Assembly: GCA_963776345.1 (NCBI GenBank)
Contig: CAVZMH010000020.1
Span: 44,626 to 108,625, forward strand
Length of the DNA: 64,000 nucleotides
Reading direction: 5' to 3'
Origin: an uncultured delta proteobacterium
GTDB taxonomy: Bacteria; Myxococcota; Myxococcia; Myxococcales; Myxococcaceae
Under the pieces are notes generated by a model, which was given only the letters and a program-made list of their open reading frames with translations, had not been told where the DNA came from and did no database searches. Of this stretch, positions 1-8,248 are shown in pieces. The translations under genes and the position numbers were made by a program. Position 1 is the stretch's first letter, and each line of letters starts with the position of its first letter.

Positions 1-345
1 TCGCGGGGAGCGGTGGACCGCCGTCCGCTCATCCGCCGGGTGGCGACGCGGGTCCACAACGGCCTGCTCCGGCTCCTGCTGGGGTTCCAGGGCACGGACA
101 CCCATGGGCTGAAGGCCTTCCGGCGCGAGCGGCTGCTCCCCGTGGTCCGCGCCTGCGTGGTGGACCGGGACGTCTTCGCCTCCGAGTTCGTGGTGCGGGC
201 CTGGCGGGGCGGGTTCCGGGTGCTGGAGATCCCCATCCAGCTCGCGGAGAAGCGCGAGCCCTCCATCAATCTCATGAAGCGAGTGCCCAACGTGCTCCGG
301 CAGGTGGCGAAGCTGGTGTGGGTCATCCGGGTGCGAGGCGGCTGA
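1..345 (+). CDS. Glycosyltransferase family 2 (DPM1-like), C-terminal fragment; 5' end lies outside the window
   Basis: Frame open from base 1. [16 protein letters not shown] and FRVLEIPIQ resemble the GT2 catalytic and C-terminal regions. High GC3. Confidence 0.7.
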   Translation, partial: SRGAVDRRPLIRRVATRVHNGLLRLLLGFQGTDTHGLKAFRRERLLPVVRACVVDRDVFASEFVVRAWRGGFRVLEIPIQLAEKREPSINLMKRVPNVLRQVAKLVWVIRVRGG

Positions 346-352
346 GCGGCGG

Positions 353-1321
353 ATGCCCGGGCTGGCCTCCATCTCGGTGGACCTGGACGGGCTCGGGCAC
401 TACGCGGCCATCCACGGCCTCGACGCGGGGGAGGTGTCCGCCGAGGCCCGCGCGCTGGTGCACCAGGTCGCGGTGCCGCGCTTCGCCGGGCTCCTCGAGG
501 GCGTGGGCGGACGGGGCACGCTGTTCGTCATCGGCGGCGAGGTGGACGAGGCGGCGCGCGGGCCGCTGGGCCAGGCGCTCCGTGGCGGACACGAGCTGGC
601 GAGCCACAGCCACGCGCACGACTACGCGCTGTCCCGCGCCGCGCCGGAGGACATCGACCGGGACCTCGCCCGGGCCGAGGGGGTGCTCTCCGGGCTGGGC
701 GCGCCCGGGCCGCTCGGGTTCCGCGCGCCCGGGTACACGCTCTCGCCGGCCCTGCTCCAGGCCCTGGCCGCCCGCGGCTACGCCTACGACGCGAGCATCT
801 TCCCCGCCGCGCCGTACTGGGCGGCCAAGGCGCTGACCCTGGGGTGGCTCCGGCTCCGTGGCCGGCGCTCGGCGGCCATCCTCGACAGCCCCCGCGTCTT
901 GCTGGCGCCGCGGCTGCCCTACCGGCCGGACCTCGCGCGGCCCGAGCGGCGGGGGACGGCGCCCCTGCTCGAGCTGCCGATGTCAGTGACGCCGGGGGGA
1001 CGGGTCCCCTTCATCGGGACCTTCGTGGTGCTCGCTCCCTGGCCGATGGTGCGCGGTGCGTACGCCCGGCTCCGGAAGGGGCCGTTCCTCTCGCTCGAGC
1101 TGCACGCGGTGGACCTCCTGGGCCCCGAGGACGGGCTCCCGGCAGCGGTCGGCCGCTCCCAGCCGGACCTCCGGCTCCCCCTGGCGATGAAGCTCGGCCG
1201 GCTCCGCGAGGTGCTGGAGTGGGCGGCGCGGGACTTCGAGCTCGTGCCGCTCCGGGAGGCCGCCCGGTCGCTGGACGGACCGGGCACGTCCCCAGTTCCC
1301 GCGGACGCCGCGCGCAACTAG
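353..1321 (+). CDS. Polysaccharide deacetylase (NodB-fold) family protein
   Basis: 322-aa ORF. SISVDLDG at the N-terminus and a HELASHSHAHD His-cluster are typical of the deacetylase fold. It follows the GT2 gene after 7 nt. Confidence 0.75.
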   Translation: MPGLASISVDLDGLGHYAAIHGLDAGEVSAEARALVHQVAVPRFAGLLEGVGGRGTLFVIGGEVDEAARGPLGQALRGGHELASHSHAHDYALSRAAPEDIDRDLARAEGVLSGLGAPGPLGFRAPGYTLSPALLQALAARGYAYDASIFPAAPYWAAKALTLGWLRLRGRRSAAILDSPRVLLAPRLPYRPDLARPERRGTAPLLELPMSVTPGGRVPFIGTFVVLAPWPMVRGAYARLRKGPFLSLELHAVDLLGPEDGLPAAVGRSQPDLRLPLAMKLGRLREVLEWAARDFELVPLREAARSLDGPGTSPVPADAARN

Positions 1322-1402
1322 GTCAGGGCGGCCGCGCTCGGGGTCCGGGTAGGGTTGGTCTGGCGGGCTGCAGTCGGCGGGGTCACGGCGGCCGCAGTCA
1401 GC
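1322..1402. repeat. Single copy of the GCGGCCGC-CCTGACC intergenic repeat family, in reverse orientation
   Basis: GGTCAGGGCGGCCGC...GGTCACGGCGGCCGCAGTCAGC starts directly after the stop codon. It aligns with the reverse complement of the units at 42940-43341 and 61071-61420. Confidence 0.75.
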
Positions 1403-1419
1403 TAAAAGGGCCCCGGGCC

Positions 1420-2268
1420 ATGTTCGAGCGCTTGAGCGAGGAGACGAGGAAGCGGCTGAAGCGGCTCACCCTGGAGCTGGCCGGGGACCGCGGTCCGGCG
1501 CTCGAGGCGATGGCCCACCACAGCACCGGCGAGTTCGGCGTGGACCCGTTCGGCTTCGACCCGGACTACGCGCTCTCGGCCATCGCGCCCTTCGTTTGGC
1601 TGTACAAGAAGTACTTCCGGGCGGAGACCCACGGCATCGAGCGGGTGCCCTCGGGGCGGGTGTTCCTGGTGGGCAACCACGCCGGGCAGATCCCGATCGA
1701 CGGGGCGATGGTGGGCGTGGCGATGCTCGTCGATCACGACCCGCCGCGGCTGGTGCGGGCGATGACCGAGAAGTGGGCCGCCTCGCTGCCCTACATCTCG
1801 ACGCTGTTCGCCCGGAGCGGGCAGATCGTCGGCACGCCCGAGAACTGCCGTCGCCTCCTCCAGAGGGACGAGGCGGTGATGGTCTTCCCCGAGGGCGTGC
1901 CAGGCATCAGCAAGCTCTGGCCCGAGCGCTACCAGCTCAAGGACTTCGGCCTCGGCTTCATGCGGCTGGCGCTGGAGACGGCCACCCCCATCGTGCCGGT
2001 GGCGATCATCGGCTCGGAGGAGCAGGCCCCCGCGGTGCTGAACCTCCGCTCGGTGGGCAAGCTGATCGGCTTCCCGGCGCTCCCGGTGACGGTGACGCCG
2101 ATTCCGCTCCCCACCAAGTACCGGCTCTACTTCGGGGACCCGCTGGTCTTCTCCGGGAGCGCGGACGACGAGGACGCCGAGCTGGACAAGAAGGTCCGGG
2201 TGGTGAAGACCACCCTGCAGGGACTGCTCCAGCAGGGCCTCGAGGAGCGGCAGCACGTCTTCTGGTGA
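1420..2268 (+). CDS. Lysophospholipid / 1-acylglycerol-3-phosphate acyltransferase family (PlsC-like)
   Basis: ATG at 1420 (MFERLSEE...) lies inside the longer Arg-rich ORF 844..2268. It has an NHAGQIPID (HX4D-type) motif and an FPEGVPG motif. Confidence 0.75.
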   Translation: MFERLSEETRKRLKRLTLELAGDRGPALEAMAHHSTGEFGVDPFGFDPDYALSAIAPFVWLYKKYFRAETHGIERVPSGRVFLVGNHAGQIPIDGAMVGVAMLVDHDPPRLVRAMTEKWAASLPYISTLFARSGQIVGTPENCRRLLQRDEAVMVFPEGVPGISKLWPERYQLKDFGLGFMRLALETATPIVPVAIIGSEEQAPAVLNLRSVGKLIGFPALPVTVTPIPLPTKYRLYFGDPLVFSGSADDEDAELDKKVRVVKTTLQGLLQQGLEERQHVFW

Positions 2269-2278
2269 GCGGCCAGCC

Positions 2279-3226
2279 ATGAGCCCCGAGTCACGACAGG
2301 TGGTGGTGGTCACCGGGCTCAGCGGGAACCTGGGCCGCACCCTGACCAAGCTGCTCCACCGGACCGAGCGCATCGTCGGCCTCGACCGCCGGCCGTTCCC
2401 CGGCGCACCCAAGGACGTGGAGCTCTTCCAGCTCGACCTCCGCAAGAAGAAGGCCGAGGACGTCTTCCGCATCCACGAGGTGAAGGCGGTCATCCACATG
2501 GGGATCATGCACGACCCCCGGATGTCCTCCGAGGAGCACCACTCGTTCAACGTGGTGGGCACCACCCGCGTCCTGGACGCGGTGGCGAAGTACGGGGTGA
2601 AGAAGGTGGTGGTGCTCTCCTCGGCCGACGTCTACGGCCCGAGCCCGGACAACTCGAACTTCCTCACCGAGGACGCGCCCCTGATGGCGGCCTCGCGCTT
2701 CTCGGGCGTCCGCGACCTGATCGAGGTCGACATGCTCGCCCACGGCTTCTTCTGGCGGCACCCGGACATCGAAACGGTCATCCTCCGGCCGGTGCACATC
2801 TTGGGGCCGACCATCCGGAACGCGCCGTCGAACTACCTGCGCCTGCGCCACCCCTGGGTGCTGGCGGGGTTCGACCCGATGCTGCAGCTCATCCACCAGG
2901 AGGACGCCGCGCGGGCGATGGTCGAGGCGCTCAGGCCGGGGCTGAGGGGCGTCTACAACGTCGTTGGTCCGGGTGAGGTGCCGCTGTCCGCCGTGCTCCG
3001 CGAGCTCGGGCGGACGCCCATCCCCGTACCGCATCCCCTCGCCCGCCCGCTGCTGGGCGCGCTGTTCCGCTACCGGCTGGCCAACTTCCCGCCCCCGGAG
3101 CTGGACCACATCCAGTTCCTCTGCATGGTGGACGGCAGCCGCTGGCGCGCCGACGTGGGCTGGGTGCCCCAGCACTCGATGAAGGACACCATCCGCTCGG
3201 TGGACGGCGAGCGGGCCGCGGCGTAG
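2279..3226 (+). CDS. NAD-dependent epimerase/dehydratase (extended SDR)
   Basis: VVVVTGLSGNLG Rossmann motif. 315 aa, with SDR-like layout throughout. Confidence 0.8.
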   Translation: MSPESRQVVVVTGLSGNLGRTLTKLLHRTERIVGLDRRPFPGAPKDVELFQLDLRKKKAEDVFRIHEVKAVIHMGIMHDPRMSSEEHHSFNVVGTTRVLDAVAKYGVKKVVVLSSADVYGPSPDNSNFLTEDAPLMAASRFSGVRDLIEVDMLAHGFFWRHPDIETVILRPVHILGPTIRNAPSNYLRLRHPWVLAGFDPMLQLIHQEDAARAMVEALRPGLRGVYNVVGPGEVPLSAVLRELGRTPIPVPHPLARPLLGALFRYRLANFPPPELDHIQFLCMVDGSRWRADVGWVPQHSMKDTIRSVDGERAAA

Positions 3227-3417
3227 CAGCTCCACGGCCGCCCCGGCGGGGGGGAGAGCGACGCGCGGCCCCGGGTGCGTTGAACGGACTCGTGTCCTGC
3301 CCTGAGGACGTCGGGGTCTTGGGGGCGCGAGCGCTCGCCCACGACCGGGCGGCCTCCGCGATCCGGGGCGCTCCGGGGATGCACGGGTCGCCCGCCGGCC
3401 GAACCGAAGTCGTCGAT

Positions 3418-3472
3418 AGAAAGGAAACTCACCTGTCTATTCCCGCGAAATAGACAGGTGAGTTTCCTTTCT
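3418..3472. repeat. Perfect 24-bp-stem, AT-rich hairpin/palindrome with a 7-nt loop
   Basis: AGAAAGGAAACTCACCTGTCTATT (3418-3441) pairs without mismatch with 3449-3472. Loop is CCCGCGA. A related copy lies at 33437-33492. Confidence 0.9.
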
Positions 3473-3724
3473 TCCTCGTGCCCCTCGGAGCGCCCGGAGC
3501 CACTCCCTCCGTGGCAACCTGCCACCGCCCGGAGCTCGGGCCAGCCACGCGCCCCGGCACCCAGGGTCCGATCTTCCGGGGAAGCCCGGCTCTCCCTGGG
3601 CAGCGCAGGCGCTTCGGCAGTCGTCACGACGACCGCGACAACAATGTCGTGGTTCGGGGCGCGGGTCACTCAGACTCCGAGGAAACTCGGCAGCCAATAT
3701 CCTGAAATCACCCGGGATGCCGCG

Positions 3725-3740
3725 TGGCACCCGCCTTGCT
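3725..3740 (+). promoter_or_regulatory. Sigma-54 (-24/-12) promoter
   Basis: TGGCAC-CCGCC-TTGCT is an exact match to TGGCAC-N5-TTGCW. It lies in a 595-bp non-coding spacer. Confidence 0.55.
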
Positions 3741-3750
3741 CACTCCTGAA

Positions 3751-3828
3751 CCCGTGAGGGCGTCCCATCGGGGGACGCCCGACGCCCACCGTCCCGGCCG
3801 GCCCCGGGGCGGTGGGCGCTTTTATTTG
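3751..3828 (+). ncRNA. Candidate sigma-54-dependent small RNA (~78 nt, two GC hairpins plus a U-tract)
   Basis: The predicted start is ~12 nt after the -12 element. Hairpin 1 is 3758-3766/3772-3780. Hairpin 2 is 3783-3791/3810-3818, followed by CTTTTATTTG. No plus-strand ORF. Confidence 0.4.
3783..3828 (+). terminator. Intrinsic terminator, plus-strand orientation
   Basis: CGCCCACCG...CGGTGGGCG stem with an inner CCCGG/CCGGG extension, then CTTTTATTTG. The minus-strand side has no U-tract. Confidence 0.65.
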
Positions 3829-4241
3829 CGGGGCGCGAGGTCCGGGTAGGGCCCGCCCTGCATCGACTCGAGGCGCCACTGCCCGTCCCGGGCGACCCAG
3901 GTGGCCTTCGCCTCCTGGACCTGCTCCGACGCCGACGGCAAGCGGAGCCACCGCCAGCGGGCGGTCACCACGCTGCGCTCCCCGTCGGCGCTCGGCGTGA
4001 CGTCGAGCAACTCGATGTCGGTGATGCTCAGGTCCGAGGCGTCGCGGGCGCGCGCGGCGAGGAACTCGCTCCGCCGCTCGGGGACCAGCAGCTGGGCCAC
4101 GGCGGCGGACTCGCTCCAGCGGGCCTTCAGCTGGAAGTCCTCGTAAGTGCTCTTGAGTGCGCTCTGCGTGGCCCCCCCTTGGTGACATCCCACGACACCG
4201 AGGAGCAGGCAGGCGAGGAGGGGGCGCGTGGTAGCCTTCAT
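3822..4241 (-). CDS. Small lipoprotein of unknown function
   Basis: MKATTRPLLACLLLGVVGC has a signal peptide and lipobox. It is the internal ATG (4241) of the longer ORF 3822..4868. Confidence 0.75.
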   Translation of the reverse strand: MKATTRPLLACLLLGVVGCHQGGATQSALKSTYEDFQLKARWSESAAVAQLLVPERRSEFLAARARDASDLSITDIELLDVTPSADGERSVVTARWRWLRLPSASEQVQEAKATWVARDGQWRLESMQGGPYPDLAPRK

Positions 4242-4253
4242 CGGCTGACAACG

Positions 4254-7200
4254 ATGCCCGAATCCCTGGTGGAGCGGTACGAGCAGCTCCTCGCCACCAA
4301 TCCCACCTCCACCCTCTTCGTGGAGCTGGCTCGGGTGCTCGTCGAGCAGGGTGAGAACGCCCGCGCGGCCGAGGTGTGCCAGCAGGGGCTCGTTCACCAT
4401 CCGGACAGCATCCACGGGTACGTGCTCTGGGGGAAGGCCCTCATCAGCCTGGGCCGCCCCGCCGAGGCGATGGAGCAGTTCGACCGGGCGGTGGCGGTCG
4501 ACCGGTCCGACCCGCTCGCATACCACCTCATCTCGGAAGTCCTGGTGAGCAAGGGGCTGTACCGCTCGGCGCTGCCGCTGCTCCGCAAGGCGGTGGCCCT
4601 CTCGCCCGGGGACGACGAGGTGAAGACCTGGCTCGAGCAGACCCAAGGGGCGCTCGCCGGCGGCCCGGTCCCCACCGTCCGGCCGGCGGTGCTGGACAAC
4701 CCGCCCGAGCGGCCCCTTCGTCCGCGGGCCAACGGCAGCCCCACCGGGCGCAACGCCGCCGTCCGGTCCACCCGGACCGGGAGCCTGCCGCCGCCGCCCC
4801 CGCCCGAGGCGCTGAGCGAGGCGGCAGGGGAAGACGCCGCTGCCCGAGCGAACGGGGTCGGGTTCCATCCCCGCGGCGGGCGACGGTCCGACGACGCCCG
4901 GTCCGAGCGATTACCCGGCGAGCGCCGTCGCCGCGAGCGAGGCCGGGCCGACCGGGGTGGAGACCGGGCCGCTCGCCGAGCCGAGCCTCCTGGCCGACGT
5001 GCCCGATGCCCCCGCGCCGACGGGCGCCATCCCCGCGGTGAAGCGGCCGCTCGCCACCGGCACCACCGAGGCCATCGCCAAGGAGTACGAGAAGGCGCTC
5101 CGGGCCAAGGTGGCCGAGAAGGCACGAGACAGGAGCTGGATCCAGGTCCACGCCCTCAAGCTCGCCATCGCCACCGTGACGCTGGTGGCCCTGGTCGCGG
5201 GCGGGCTCGTGTACCGGCACACCCGGGCGGTCAACCAGGGCCGGAACCTGGCCGACGCGCTCGCCAGCGCGCGCAAGGCGCTGGCGCTGGACACGGCGGC
5301 GGGCGACCGGGCGGCGCTCGAGTCGCTGGCCCAGGCGCTCCGGATGGAGGAGGACAGCCCCGCGGCCTGGGACCTGACCGCCTACGCCCGCGCGGCGCTG
5401 GCGGACGAGCACGGCGGCACCGCGCAGGACCGCGCCCAGGCCGTGACCGCGCTCGGGCGCCCGAAGGCGGGCTCGAGCCACCCGGGCCTGGTCCTGGTGG
5501 CCCGGGCGATGGCCACGGAGGGCGCCGAGCGGGACGCCGCACGGAAGGCCATCCTCGAGTCGCCGCTGGACCTCTCCGAGGTGCACGACGCGGCGGGCCG
5601 GCTGCTCCTGGCCAAGGGCGACCCCAAGGCCGCGGTGCTCCACTTCAAGCGCGCGCTGGAGCTGAACGCGGGGAACGTCCGGGCCCTGGTGGCGCTCGGC
5701 GACTACTACCGCGAGGCGGGCGACGACGCCGCCGCGCTCACCGTCTACTCCAGCGCCGAGCAGCTCTCGCCGGACCACCCGGGCCGGGCGCTGGGCGAGG
5801 CCGAGAGCCGGCTCGCGCTGGAGCAGGACGTCACCCAGGCCCTGGCCGAGGTGGACAAGCTGGTGCCCGAGTCGCTCACCCCGGAGATGGCCGCCCGGCG
5901 CGCGCTGGACCGCGGGCGGCTGCTCTCGGCCAACGGGGCGCACGAGCAGGCGGTGAAGGTGCTCACCGAGGGCGCCTCCGGCGGGAAGCGGGCCTTCGAC
6001 TTCCAGGTGGCGCTCGGCGACGCGCTCCGGGCGAGCGGTGACCTCACCGCGGCGCAGAAGGCGCTCGAGGCGGCGGTGAAGCAGAGGCCGAAGAGCGAGG
6101 AGGCGAAGGAGGCCCTGGGCCGGGTGCTGCTCGGGCGCGACCGCGAGCGCGAGCTCCTGCAGCGCTTCGCCGACGACGCCGGTCGGCGGATGGCCCTCCT
6201 CCGGGGCGTCGCCTGGGGCCGGCTCCGAGATTGGAAGCGGGCGCGGGCCGAGCTGGCGAGGACCTCGGTCTCGGGGAAGTACCCCATCGAGGCGGTGGCC
6301 TGGCTCGCGCTGGCCGATGCGGCCGAGGGCGAGCCGGACAAGGCGCAGACGGTGCTCGAGCGCACCCTGGGGGCGGCGAAGCGGCCGAGGGCGGACGTGG
6401 CGGTGGCGCTGGGGAAGGTCTACTGGCAGCGCGGCATCCTGGACCGGGCCAAGGCCCAGTTCGAGGGCGCGAGCCGCGACCCGCGCGACTACGAGGGCGC
6501 GTGCGCCCTGGGCCGGCTGCTCTGGGTGTCGGGCTCCCCCGAGCGGGCGGTGGAGCCGCTCCAGCTCTCCATCCAGCGGAACCGGAGCCACGGCGAGAGC
6601 CGGCACGCGCTCGCCCGGGTGTACCTGGCGCTGGCCAAGCCGGCCGAGTCGCTGGCCCAGGCCGAGGCGTGGGCGGCGGAGAACCCCTCCAGCGCCGCCG
6701 CGCACAAGGACGTGGCGCTGGCCCTGGCGCAGGAGGGCAAGTGGAAGGAGTCCGAGACGGCGCTGAACCGCGCGCTGAAGCTCGACCCGCAGGACGCCGA
6801 GTCCCACCGGCTCCGGGCGAGCGTCCTCTTCGCCCGGGGCGACGGGCGCGGCGGCTTCGCGGCGCTGCAGAAGGCGAACACCCTCGCCCCGAAGGACAGC
6901 GAGGTGTTCTGCGCCATCGCACGGGCGTTCGTCCGGCAGGGCAATCTCCAGCAGGCGCAGAAGGCCTACCAGGCGGCGGTGCGCGAGGAGCCGGCCAGCG
7001 TGTGCGGCTTCGCGGGCGACGTGCTGCTCAAGCCGGCCGCGGGCAAGCCGCAGCTCTCGAAGCTCCAGGGCCTGTCGTCGGCGGCGCCGCGGGCGACGGA
7101 TCGCGCCTGGGCAGCGGTCGCCGCGTCGCGGGTGGCGCTGGCGGCGGGCCGGGTGCAGGACGCCAAGCACAGCGCCGAGCTTGCGGTGGAGCTCCAGCCG

Positions 7201-7482
7201 TACCTCTCGGACGCGGCGCTCGCCCAGGGGCTGGTGCTCCGGAAGCTGCGCGACGAGACGAAGGCCCGCGAGCTCCTGGTCAAGGCGGTGCAGCTCGATC
7301 CCTCCGACGGGCCGGCCCGTCTGGCGCTCGCCGACGCGCTCGCCGCCGGGGGTGACACCGACGCTCGCCGGGCGTACGAGGAATACGTGAACTTCACCCG
7401 CCTCGCCGCGAAGTCGCCGGACATGGCCCGGGTCAAGAAGCTGCTGCCGGCCCTCAAGAAGCGGGCGGCCCGGGCGCCGTGA
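4254..7482 (+). pseudogene. Large TPR-repeat membrane protein, reading frame interrupted near 4855 as sequenced
   Basis: The N-terminal TPR part (MPESLVERYEQLL..., frame 0) turns into Arg-rich junk after ~4860. Frame 1 opens after TGA 4813-4815 and carries a P/A/G linker, a TM helix (LAIATVTLVALVAGGLVY) and many TPRs up to 7482. Confidence 0.6.
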
Positions 7483-7832
7483 ACCCGCGGCGCTTCCTCC
7501 AGGTCGTCGCCGGGAATGCGCTGGCGCTCTCGGCGCTGTACCTCGGCATCGGGGTGGTGGTGGAGGCCCTCCGCGTCCAGGCTCCCTCGGCCGGGGTGAT
7601 GCGGGTCTCGTACGCGCTGGACGCGCTGCCGGCACGGGTGCTGGAGCGGCTGGGGCTGCTGCTCCCGCTGCGCGAGGCCTACACCGACGGGCGCATCGGC
7701 GAGGCCGTGGTGCGGCTGGTGTTCGGGGCCACGGCGGTGGGATTCGTGTTCGTGCTGGCGCTGGGGCTCGCGGCGATGACCTTGCTGGTGCGCGAGCTGG
7801 TGATCCGGCGGCGGCATCCCGTCGAACCCTGA
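7479..7832 (+). CDS. Small integral membrane protein
   Basis: 117 aa with two hydrophobic helices. GTGA overlap with the TPR gene stop. Confidence 0.6.
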   Translation: MNPRRFLQVVAGNALALSALYLGIGVVVEALRVQAPSAGVMRVSYALDALPARVLERLGLLLPLREAYTDGRIGEAVVRLVFGATAVGFVFVLALGLAAMTLLVRELVIRRRHPVEP

Positions 7833-8248
7833 GCCGGGCCGAGCTGTGGCGAGCTGCGAGGTTCTGACGGGCGCGGGCGCGGCGCGGGTTCGAGCGGTGC
7901 CGATCTGTCCGACGCTGATCGGCCCCGAGCGGAGGCGGTTTCGAGGGCGTGCTCGCCCGGAGCCCGAAGTTGCTATGTCCACGATTGCTCCGGACCTGCT
8001 CGCCTCGGGGGAGGCTTCCCCGGCGCGCAAGTCCGGCGTGGCTCGATCAGCCACACTCCCTGCCCCGGGCCGGCCGGGTGCTCGCGCGTGTTCGGTCCGG
8101 GCGCCCGCTGTCCGCGGCGCCGCTCTACGGCTGCCGCTCGTGCCGTTCGCCCGGAAGGCAGACCCCGTCAGGGTCTGGCGCCGCCTCGAAGGTGATCGCC
8201 CCGCAGTGACAGCGTCCGTCGATCCGCATTCTGTGTTCGCTCAGAGCC

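Noticed and set aside
844-1419. Long N-terminal extension of the acyltransferase ORF (474 aa from 844)
   Set aside because: The extension is Arg/Ala/Pro junk that overlaps the deacetylase gene in another frame. The family-typical sequence begins at ATG 1420, after the intergenic repeat.
4528-7635. 1035-aa minus-strand ORF antisense to the TPR gene
   Set aside because: The composition is Arg/Pro/Gly-rich with no domain-like stretch, which is the usual stop-poor antisense frame of GC-rich DNA. The plus-strand TPR protein explains the region. The same applies to 19114..22830 (antisense to metH), 45127..49122 (antisense to pilY1), 26026..27150 and 51444..52946.
7880-7900. tRNA-like T-loop (GGGTTCGAGC)
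   Set aside because: The flanking bases cannot form a 5-bp T-stem, and no acceptor or anticodon arms can be drawn. I found no tRNA anywhere in the window.
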